DNA from: a virus
Lineage: Duplodnaviria; Caudoviricetes
Strand: one strand, 5' to 3'
IMG/VR virus record: IMGVR_UViG_3300006143_000333
Location: 32,001 to 96,000 of that record
Length of the DNA stretch: 64,000 nt
The notes below the pieces were generated by a model. That model was not told the origin of the DNA. It saw only the letters and a list, made by a program, of their open reading frames with translations, and made no database searches. Made by a program: the position numbers and the translations under genes. Of this stretch, positions 52,529 through 61,139 are shown one piece after another. How positions within the stretch are numbered: position 1 is the first letter of the stretch; every line of letters begins with the position of its first letter.

Positions 52529-54358
52529 TTGGCAGTAGAATTAAAGGTAAATGTGATAAATCAGCTTAAATTGCTGCGCCAAAGTACATTTAAGGATATA
52601 TATTGTTTTCTTGATGAAGATATACAGAATGCCCAGAGAGCAAAAGCGACAGAGGTAAGAGTTACTGTTGATAGATGGGGAGAAGGTACAGTCACTATTG
52701 AAAATAATGGCAATATACTTACTAAACCACAGGCACTATTTTCTATTGCCGAAAGTGATTGGGATGAAGAAGTAAGGAATAGTGAAAATCCTTTTGGTAT
52801 GGGATTCTTCAGTAATATTACTGTCAGTAATCTTATCAATGTTCATTCAGGAAATACATATATTACATTTGATGTAGAAGATATGATTTCTACGAACAAT
52901 ACAGAAATCAAAGTAGAAGAAATAGATGATTATTATGACGGATTTAAATTAATTCTTAGAAATTTTGATTTTGATACAGCGAGTTCATATGATATACAGG
53001 AGCGTGTAGAAGTTCTCGGAAAATATATTCATGAGTTAGACATTTATTATAACGGAGAATTAGTTGAAGAAAAAGATCTAACGGAGGGTGATGGTAGCAA
53101 GTATCAATTTTCTGTAGATGATGAAAATTGCAAAGGTTGGATTGCATTAGGAAATAATTACTCTTGGGGAAATAATGTCAATGTATTTTACAAAGGAAGG
53201 TTGGTTGCTCCGTTAGAAGGATTGCCATACTTAAAAGGTGATTTACATGTAAGCGACAAAACTCTCAATTTAACATCTCCAGATAGAAAAGATATTATCA
53301 AAGATGAAAAATTGAATGTATTTAAAAAGGTGATAACAGAACATGTTGAAAAATACTGTACATCTTTATTGGTAAACGGAGAAGAGAATATTAGTGATTA
53401 TGCTTCTTGCTTTGGTTATTATGTGAATAAAAAGAATGTAAAAAATAGCATCAAATTTATGACATTCAAGAGCAAAAGTGAAGATGACATTAAATATCTA
53501 AAAGGAATTGCTATTGCGAGAGGTAAAAACAAAGATATCAAATCATTTACAGGTTATGAAATATATCTGAAAAAAGATGCGGCCAAACAAAATGAGCAAA
53601 TTGTAAATGAAGTTACTGTAAACCCTGAGTTACAAACAGCCCCAGAGAAAGCTAGTGGACGAGTTTATCATGAAGCATCATATTCTCACAGAGATGGGTA
53701 TGTAGAAGTACCAGAAATAAAAATAAAAGACTTAATGGAAAAGAGAGGTTCTTTGATTATTGATTCAGTAGAGCCAACATTCTTTATAGGATTTAATGAA
53801 GTAGAACAATATGAATACAAGTTGAATGTTGCGAAACATTATGATTTAAAAATTATTGTAAGTCGCAACGAGGTAGAAACTTCTATATTAAAATCTATGA
53901 AAGAATCTGATAATGTGTTGCATATTTCTGAACTCAAAGAAGAAATAACAGTTAGAGGATATTTGTCAAATACAGAATTATCTATTAAGGAAAGTAGAGC
54001 ATTGATGATCTTTGATATGATCAGTAGAATTTTAGGGTTTGATCATAATGTATTTGCTATTGGCAATTTAATGGTGACAAAATCTGTTTCAGTAGAATCA
54101 ATTGGCGTTGAAGAAGAAATGGTTGAATCAAACATTGTTGTACTGAAGGATGAACTGAATGATAAAGTTTATGTGGATAGAAGCATCATCAATAAGAATA
54201 AACTCAGGAATGATACAGATACGAATTTAGATATATTTGATTATCAGTTTATTCTGGCAAATTTTAAGGAAATGATGAAACAGGTTGCATTAGTGGCTGG
54301 TATATCGCCAAATGATTGTGAAGTAAAAGTGTTAGATATCTTGGGAAATTGTGCTTGA
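52529..54358 (+). CDS. GHKL (HATPase) ATPase domain protein
   Basis: EDIQNAQRAKA, IENNG, PFGMGFFS, GFKLIL motifs. Confidence 0.7.
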   Translation: MAVELKVNVINQLKLLRQSTFKDIYCFLDEDIQNAQRAKATEVRVTVDRWGEGTVTIENNGNILTKPQALFSIAESDWDEEVRNSENPFGMGFFSNITVSNLINVHSGNTYITFDVEDMISTNNTEIKVEEIDDYYDGFKLILRNFDFDTASSYDIQERVEVLGKYIHELDIYYNGELVEEKDLTEGDGSKYQFSVDDENCKGWIALGNNYSWGNNVNVFYKGRLVAPLEGLPYLKGDLHVSDKTLNLTSPDRKDIIKDEKLNVFKKVITEHVEKYCTSLLVNGEENISDYASCFGYYVNKKNVKNSIKFMTFKSKSEDDIKYLKGIAIARGKNKDIKSFTGYEIYLKKDAAKQNEQIVNEVTVNPELQTAPEKASGRVYHEASYSHRDGYVEVPEIKIKDLMEKRGSLIIDSVEPTFFIGFNEVEQYEYKLNVAKHYDLKIIVSRNEVETSILKSMKESDNVLHISELKEEITVRGYLSNTELSIKESRALMIFDMISRILGFDHNVFAIGNLMVTKSVSVESIGVEEEMVESNIVVLKDELNDKVYVDRSIINKNKLRNDTDTNLDIFDYQFILANFKEMMKQVALVAGISPNDCEVKVLDILGNCA

Positions 54359-54405
54359 AAACGCACTTGAAACCCAATTTTAAGATTTAAATGAGGTGAT
54401 TTTGA

Positions 54406-54885
54406 TTGTTAATACCTGCAATTTTAAAGAAGAATGAAATACAGGAAGCATTTAAGAGATATTACTATTCAGATGATATGATGTACGAAACTGGTGGTTT
54501 AAATAATTGGCTGCCAAATATCCAAGAAGAGACTGAAATAGGAAGGTTTCAATTTGCTATTGTAAATTCAGAAGAAAAATTAGTTGGATATTTTGATTAT
54601 CATATTGATTGGTATAATTCTTGTGCTTCCAGATTTGGATTGATTTCTTTTGATAGAGGCAACCCAATTGTAGGGATGGATTTATATAGTGAATTGAAGA
54701 AACTTATTTATGAGTACAATCTACATAGAATTGAATGGCGAATGATAGGTGGCAATCCAATAGAGAAAAATTATGATAAATTTTGTGATAAGTTTGGTGG
54801 TACCAAGCACATTTTGAGAGATGCTGTTAAAGATAAATACGGCAAATATCATAATGATATTATTTATGAGATTATCAATGATTAA
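54406..54885 (+). CDS. GNAT (RimJ/RimL)-like protein
   Basis: KLVGYF, NLHRIEW..GNP, G..RD..GKYHN..IYEI. Confidence 0.5.
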   Translation: MLIPAILKKNEIQEAFKRYYYSDDMMYETGGLNNWLPNIQEETEIGRFQFAIVNSEEKLVGYFDYHIDWYNSCASRFGLISFDRGNPIVGMDLYSELKKLIYEYNLHRIEWRMIGGNPIEKNYDKFCDKFGGTKHILRDAVKDKYGKYHNDIIYEIIND

Positions 54886-55288
54886 GAAGGAGAATTTGTA
54901 AATGGATTGTAAATATCCGATTGAAAGTAGAAGTTATAAAGTATGTATATTGTGTTCTGAGAAAAATATCTGCGAAAATTCAACTATCGTAAATGATACA
55001 GCAACATTATTATCTGCAAGTGAATCACATAAAAAGACAGTAGATAATATTAAAAATTGTTCAACAAAAGAATTAGCAGAAATCAGTAAAAGAATTAGTG
55101 ACGCTATTGCAAATGGAAAGTTTTCTATTAGTGATGATGGTTGTTTACAATATGAAACAACTCAAAGATTAGAAGAACTTGGTTATAAAGTTCAAACTGG
55201 AAGCCAATACAATGAGCAGTATTGGAGTATTAGCTGGAAATAACAGTTGAAACCGAAATTTCATTTGAAAAATAAAGGAGTGAGATGT

Positions 55289-55744
55289 ATAGAAAAAAGG
55301 ATTTTAGATGTATGCTGCGGATCAAGAATGTTTTGGTTTGATAAGCATAATGAAGATACAGTATTTATGGATAACAGAATACTACATGATACATTGTGTG
55401 ATGGTAGAAAATTAAATGTTGAACCAGATGTCATAGGAGATTTTAGAAATATACCTTTTAATGATGATACTTTCAATATGGTCGTATTTGATCCTCCTCA
55501 TCTTTTGAAAGTTGGAGAAAGTTCATGGTTGGCCAAGAAGTATGGAAAACTAACTGAGAACTGGAAAGAAGATTTGAAGTTGGGATTCAAGGAATGTATC
55601 AGGGTACTAAAGCCAGGAGGAAGTTTGATTTTTAAGTGGAATGAACAACAAATAAAATTGAAGGAAATATTGAAGTTGGTTGATATTGAACCTCTTTTTG
55701 GTAATAAAAGAGCAGATACACATTGGGTTGTGTTTATGAAATAG
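55289..55744 (+). CDS. SAM-dependent (probably DNA) methyltransferase
   Basis: ILDVCCGSRMFWFDK, VFDPPHL, RVLKPGG; ATA behind AAGGAGTG. Confidence 0.8.
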   Translation: MEKRILDVCCGSRMFWFDKHNEDTVFMDNRILHDTLCDGRKLNVEPDVIGDFRNIPFNDDTFNMVVFDPPHLLKVGESSWLAKKYGKLTENWKEDLKLGFKECIRVLKPGGSLIFKWNEQQIKLKEILKLVDIEPLFGNKRADTHWVVFMK

Positions 55745-55791
55745 GACTTGAAAGCGTTCTTTCATTTGGTAAATAGAGAAAAGGGAGGTAC

Positions 55792-55989
55792 ATATTAAAA
55801 AGATTTTTACTATGGATTTTAGTCATTATTCTTGGTGTTATAGTATTGTCACTACTCTATGCTTTGGGATATATGTCAGCAACAAGTAATGTAAGTTCAT
55901 TTGTACGAATAGTTATTGGAACTATAGCATTATGTATTGCAGATATAAAAAGTTATTTGCAATGGAAAGTTATTAATTGGAACAAATAA
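55792..55989 (+). CDS. 65-aa two-TM protein, ATA start
   Basis: LKRFLLWILVIILGVIVLSLLYALGY...; GGGAGG SD, short spacing. Confidence 0.45.
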   Translation: MLKRFLLWILVIILGVIVLSLLYALGYMSATSNVSSFVRIVIGTIALCIADIKSYLQWKVINWNK

Positions 55990-56013
55990 GGATTTGGAAA
56001 GGAGAATGAGATA

Positions 56014-56409
56014 TTGAAAGAAGTAATTTTGATTTTATGTATGCTATTTTGTCACATTGTAGATGACTATTACCTACAAGGATGGCTTGCATCAGCAAAA
56101 CAGAAAAAGTGGTGGAAACAAAACGCCAATAATCCATTATACAAAAATGATTATATTATGGCGTTGGTGGAACACGCATTTAGTTGGAGTTTTATGATCC
56201 ATATTCCAATTATTGTTTATTCTTTAATTTGCGGATTGCAACTAAACATCTTGTTATTCATTGCAATATTTACAATGAATTGGTTGATACACACAATTAC
56301 GGATAATGCAAAAGCAAATTTGATGAAAATTAACCTAATTCAAGATCAGTGGATACATATAGCACAGATTTTTGTTACATGGACAATATATGTGGTGATG
56401 AGTAGATAA
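56014..56409 (+). CDS. DUF3307-like membrane protein
   Basis: HIVDDYYLQ, H..D..K, DQWIH. Confidence 0.7.
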   Translation: MKEVILILCMLFCHIVDDYYLQGWLASAKQKKWWKQNANNPLYKNDYIMALVEHAFSWSFMIHIPIIVYSLICGLQLNILLFIAIFTMNWLIHTITDNAKANLMKINLIQDQWIHIAQIFVTWTIYVVMSR

Positions 56410-56412
56410 AAT

Positions 56413-56460
56413 ATACAATATACAGTATTTGTATAGAAATCAAAACACAATATATTGATG
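56413..56460 (+). promoter_or_regulatory. Tandem NrdR-box-like pair
   Basis: ataCAATATACAGtat (56413) and acaCAATATATTGatg (56445), 32 bp apart. Confidence 0.55.
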
Positions 56461-56814
56461 TAAAAAGCGGTTGAAATTCTTATTTCATTGGGTGAGTTTG
56501 GAGGTGATTTGATTATGAGTGATATGTTTACAGATGCAAGTCCATTAAGTTGTAGTTTAGAAAAACTCAATGATTTTTATTTTAAAAATGGCGAAAGAGA
56601 AATTGTTACACAAACAAGTAATGGTAGAAATTGTAGAACTTGTTGTAAAGTAACTGTTTGTAAATATTCAGAAGAAGTGGTTGAAAAAGTAGAAAATCTA
56701 ATTGGCGAAATCTCTAAAATGAATTTACCATTATCTGTTAATATTAATTGCCAAGAATGGGCAGATAGAAAAACAAGTACATTGAGATAAAAATGGAATG
56801 TGAGGTGATAATAC

Positions 56815-56997
56815 ATAAAATTTGAAACAAGCAAAAGAATAGATAAATGGGTAGAGAAGCATAGAAAGCAAGGTTGTGTATCTCATGCAACAGCAGGTGA
56901 ACAGTTTGTATATGAATTTTTACCAAGTGGCATTGTAGAGTGTCAAACAGTCAAATGTATGTGTTGCAATGAAGAATTTACTGATTATGTAGATTGA
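56815..56997 (+). CDS. 60-aa Cys/His protein, ATA start
   Basis: GAGGTG-7nt-ATA with in-frame stop just upstream; YEFLPSGI..CMCCNEEFTDY. Confidence 0.55.
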   Translation: MKFETSKRIDKWVEKHRKQGCVSHATAGEQFVYEFLPSGIVECQTVKCMCCNEEFTDYVD

Positions 56998-57926
56998 TGA
57001 AAAGGAGAATGATTAAATGAACGAAAAGAATGGAATTTCAGAAGGAGTAAAAGAAATAAATCCAATTGATGAATATTTGGAGAGATATAAGGAACAAAGA
57101 CTTGCAGAATTTTGTGTCCAAAAAGATAAAGAAATTCAGGAATATAAGGAAGAAAGACTGAAACTTATTGAACAGATTGCAGTTATGAGGCATAAGGTTG
57201 AAGAATATGATGATACTTGGAATAATGTAAAGAAACTATATGAACATATCAAAAGTCTTTCTGTAGATGATTATTTAAAAATATATCATATGATTTCAGA
57301 AGATGTATCTGGGAATCATAATTATGTATCAACAATTACACTTAATAGATAGGAGAAAATATACATATGGGACTTACATGTAAACCATTAGGCAAAATGA
57401 GAAGTGTCACAAGAAAGTTAGAGAATCATTTAGCTGAAGAAGCGAAGTTACAGAAAGAGAAAAAGGAAAGTAAGAAAGATAAGACAAGCAGATAGATTAG
57501 ATACATTTTATGATGAATTAAAGAGAATACACAAACAATATTTTTGTGATTGGCGTTTTGGTCAGCTTTGTAGTAATTTTTTCGGTTGGCTCATGTCAGA
57601 GAAGAAAGTGGATTTATTCTTTCCAGAAGAAGATAAGATGATAGAGTATATCCGAGAATATGCCGAGAGTTCTGGTAGCAACAAGTAAACTTTCGCACGG
57701 TTATCCGTAGAAAATTCCAATATTAACAACTGAACAGTTATATTCGTTTTTGGTGGTGAACAGCATACCATTGGCTTAAATTACGCAAAAATAGCCATAA
57801 ATCACTGATTAGCATAGATTTTATATAGATTTAATTTCTATGTTCCAGTCTGAAAAGGCTGTTGAAGTTATATATATGATGTGAAAATATTTTAATAATT
57901 TTATTTTACAGGAGGACATTTATTTA

Positions 57927-58997
57927 ATGACAGAAACAAAGAAAAAGGGAAGACTATTTGATTTACCTGAGACAAAAGGATCATTCCAGTTGAAGGGCGT
58001 TGTTAGTGGCGTAGAGAAGGAAAACTTCTATAAGGAAATTAAGACCAAGAGCAACAAGGATATGAGAATGATTAACTTTGGAGTTGGATACGCTGAAGGC
58101 AGCACACTCTACGTTAATTTACAGGGTATGGAGCAGGAAAATGTGTATTTCTCAAAGAAGGCTGAAAGGAAGGGCGATAAGCCTGAAACTGCAAAGGTTC
58201 ATTGGGCAGATAGGTTTTCTTATAACCGTGAAGGATTCCGTCTTATTGGTAAGAACATTGGAGTAAAGAAGAAGGTAGATGAGAATGGTAAGACCGTTAA
58301 TGATAAAAAGGTCATGACAGACTTTGATGCTTGCAAGGAAGTAAATGACAATCTGAAAGATGGAGCAAGTGTATTTATCAGAGGTAGTCTTGATTATAGT
58401 AGCTTCTTGGATAACAACGGTAATAAGAAGACATCTACCAAGTTGGTTCCTAATCAGATTTCACTTTGTTCAGAAATTGATTTTAATGATGAGAACTTCA
58501 CTCAGCAGAATGACTTTATCCAGGTAATTGTATTTATGGGTATTGATCAGGAAAAGGAAAATAATAAGCCGACTGGAAGATTTGTTGTATCTGCAAAGGT
58601 TATTACATACAGCAACATTGAAGATGTTGAGTTCATTATCGAGAATAAGGATTTGGCAAATAAGTTCAAGAAATCCTTAAAGCCATATAATGCGATTCAG
58701 GTCAGCGGTCATATGGTAGCGTCTACACAGACAGAAACAGTTGAAGATGATGATGCCAACTGGGGTGAAGAAGTTTCTATGGAGAAGGTTCTTGCGCCTA
58801 CCAAGAGAGAATTTATCATTACCAACGCAAAAGGTTCTACTGTTGATAAAGAACTTTACACAGAAACGAATGTTACAGAAGCTATGTCGAAGATTACACA
58901 GGCAAACAAAGCTGAAAATGATTTTGGTGGAGATGCTGACAATGATGATTGGGGAGAAGCCAATCTTGATACAGACGATGATGCAGCTTGGGAGTAA
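57927..58997 (+). CDS. Putative single-stranded DNA-binding protein
   Basis: Beta-rich with acidic aromatic tail DTDDDAAWE; first gene of replication block. Confidence 0.6.
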   Translation: MTETKKKGRLFDLPETKGSFQLKGVVSGVEKENFYKEIKTKSNKDMRMINFGVGYAEGSTLYVNLQGMEQENVYFSKKAERKGDKPETAKVHWADRFSYNREGFRLIGKNIGVKKKVDENGKTVNDKKVMTDFDACKEVNDNLKDGASVFIRGSLDYSSFLDNNGNKKTSTKLVPNQISLCSEIDFNDENFTQQNDFIQVIVFMGIDQEKENNKPTGRFVVSAKVITYSNIEDVEFIIENKDLANKFKKSLKPYNAIQVSGHMVASTQTETVEDDDANWGEEVSMEKVLAPTKREFIITNAKGSTVDKELYTETNVTEAMSKITQANKAENDFGGDADNDDWGEANLDTDDDAAWE

Positions 58998-59069
58998 TTC
59001 TTGGACTAAGGAACGTCAGAGATGGCGTTCCACAACTCTTAAAAATAATACTATTTCGGAGGTAATTTA

Positions 59070-60230
59070 ATGGCAAAGGCTAGAAAAGCGTCAGTAACAC
59101 AGAGTAAGTTAGGAATGATTTTATATGGAGAACAGTTTACAGGTAAATCTACTATGGCTATGCAGTTAGCATATTTCAAGCGTCCAGACGGAAAGCCGTT
59201 TATGGTACTGTATCTTGATCCTGAGACTGGTTCTATTGATGATTATTTGGGTGAATTAGAAGCAAACGGTGTAGACCTTGAAAATATTTATATCGTATAT
59301 ACACAGTCTCTTGGAGAAGTAAGGGAGTACATTGCAAAGGTAAAAAATGGTGAGGATTTGTATGTTCTTGATGAAGAGACTGGCGATGAAACAGATGAAG
59401 TTCTTCTTGATGCAGACGGTGAACCTTTTAGGGCAGATGCGATTGTTGTTGATGGTACAAGCATTTTAAATTTGACAACCAAACAGGGATTGATTGAGTT
59501 TTCCAAGAAGAGAAATAAGGTAAAGGCTGATAAGGACGGTCTTGTAGGTGATGCTCGGCTTGTAAAGATTGAGGGAGCAGGTATGGAACTGAAGGATTAT
59601 CAGACTATCAACTTTAAGGGACAGGACTTGATTCTTGATTTGATGGCATCTGGTGTTCACTATATTGTGACAGCAAGAGAGACAGATGAGAAAGAGACAA
59701 TTAAACAGGAAGATGGTTCTACTATGAGTGTTACAACTGGCAGAAAGATTCCTGATGGTTTTAAGGGAATGACATACAATGTCAAAACAGAGGTTCGTAT
59801 GTTTAGAAACGAAGATGGTGTTGTATGCGCTCATGTTAAGAAGGACAGAACACATACCCATGAAGATAATATTATCATTGAAGATCCTACTCTGGTCGAT
59901 TGGCAAGCGGTTATTGATAAGACAGCAGATAAAAAGGCATTTGTTGTTAAGAATGACTTGACTAAGGCTGTTGATGTTGAGCAGAACATTTATAGTAAGG
60001 AGATTCTTGGTAAGGTTGGAGAACCTGTAAATGAAGAGTCTGCTGAAGAAAATAGTTCTGGTGTAGATATTGAGACAATGAAGAAAGAAATTATTGCTAA
60101 ACGAAATGCACTACCACCTATGGAAAAGAAAGCAATGAAAGAAAAGTTGGAAGCAGAAGGACTACCTACAGCATACAAGAATGTAACAGATGCGGCTGTT
60201 TTACAGAAGGTGCTTGGTATGTTCAAATAA
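59070..60230 (+). CDS. P-loop ATPase (Sak4/AAA_24-like recombination protein)
   Basis: GEQFTGKS Walker A, YLDPETGS, IVVDG Walker B. Confidence 0.75.
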   Translation: MAKARKASVTQSKLGMILYGEQFTGKSTMAMQLAYFKRPDGKPFMVLYLDPETGSIDDYLGELEANGVDLENIYIVYTQSLGEVREYIAKVKNGEDLYVLDEETGDETDEVLLDADGEPFRADAIVVDGTSILNLTTKQGLIEFSKKRNKVKADKDGLVGDARLVKIEGAGMELKDYQTINFKGQDLILDLMASGVHYIVTARETDEKETIKQEDGSTMSVTTGRKIPDGFKGMTYNVKTEVRMFRNEDGVVCAHVKKDRTHTHEDNIIIEDPTLVDWQAVIDKTADKKAFVVKNDLTKAVDVEQNIYSKEILGKVGEPVNEESAEENSSGVDIETMKKEIIAKRNALPPMEKKAMKEKLEAEGLPTAYKNVTDAAVLQKVLGMFK

Positions 60231-60258
60231 TAAAAACTCTAGTATAGAAGGATAAAAT

Positions 60259-61122
60259 ATGAGGGCGACAAGAAAAGAAGGATGTATAAGTCGAGTATGT
60301 GCTTGCTGCAATCAATCCTTTTACATAGGTAAAGATAATATCAGTGATGCAATTTACTATGATAAAAAAACTTATCATAGTAATTGCTTTATTGATAAGC
60401 AAGTTAAATCTTTTGCACCAAAAGAAGTTAAAAACTTAAAAACAATGCCTAAAAACGATCAATTATTAAAATATGGTATAGATATTCAAAAATATAAAAA
60501 TGGTCGAAGGTATATTCCGAATGGAAAAGATAAAATATTACACGATTTTAATGAAGTAAAAAAGAAACAATATGAAGATCAACTAATTGATTTTCACAAT
60601 CGAGTAAATGATATAACTAACAATATATTAAACAGTGGGGAATTTATTCAATTAAAGAAAAACTCATATAATCATTTTTTACGTTCAATAGAAAAGCAAT
60701 GTGTGTATGACTTCATTTTAGAAGTTTATGATTTGAATATTATTCCTACTAATATTTGGGAAAAAATTACTGAGATTTATAGCGGTACATATAAGGGTAT
60801 GTCTATTGGGATACCTCCAGAACATTTACTTGATATGTGGAAAAGAAAAATTGATATGTTAAATGGTGTTGCAGAGAGAAATGAGATTAAGGGAATTAAA
60901 ATGTCAGCAGACCAAAGATTAAATTATGACTTATCAATTTTAGTTAATAAGTATGACAGCTATCTGAAGTGGCTTGAAAAACAGAAGATTATAGCATCGG
61001 AAAAAGAAATAGAAAAAAACGATAATATTGTTGGTAAAAGTATTGGATATACCGCTTCAAATAAATCTGAAAAAAATGATTCAGACGATATATCCGCTTT
61101 GGTTGATGATATTTTCGGATGA
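60259..61122 (+). CDS. Replication-block protein (possible helicase loader)
   Basis: N-terminal CACC...H..C; between ATPase and helicase. Confidence 0.45.
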   Translation: MRATRKEGCISRVCACCNQSFYIGKDNISDAIYYDKKTYHSNCFIDKQVKSFAPKEVKNLKTMPKNDQLLKYGIDIQKYKNGRRYIPNGKDKILHDFNEVKKKQYEDQLIDFHNRVNDITNNILNSGEFIQLKKNSYNHFLRSIEKQCVYDFILEVYDLNIIPTNIWEKITEIYSGTYKGMSIGIPPEHLLDMWKRKIDMLNGVAERNEIKGIKMSADQRLNYDLSILVNKYDSYLKWLEKQKIIASEKEIEKNDNIVGKSIGYTASNKSEKNDSDDISALVDDIFG

Positions 61123-61139
61123 TTGGTGGTGATAATTGA

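Larger units (their letters stand above)
208..56487. repeat. Dispersed gene-junction inverted repeat T(G/A)AAA-N6-TTT(C/T)A, about 35 copies
   Basis: Strict copies start at 208, 5374, 5561, 12202, 13564, 17907, 18737, 21543, 21868, 23144, 24151, 25105, 39388, 42606, 43047, 45559, 47200, 48339, 49476, 52480, 55248, 55749, 56472; copies with 1-2 mismatches at 2965, 3166, 4788, 7375, 18155, 23508, 26164, 27956, 32452, 41318, 41639, 43570. Confidence 0.9.

Noticed and set aside
24253-55744. Restriction-modification systems
   Set aside because: No recognisable cognate endonuclease next to any methyltransferase
208-56487. Junction repeats as a CRISPR array or as terminators
   Set aside because: Not tandem, separated by whole genes, no cas genes; 5-bp AT stems are too weak for intrinsic terminators
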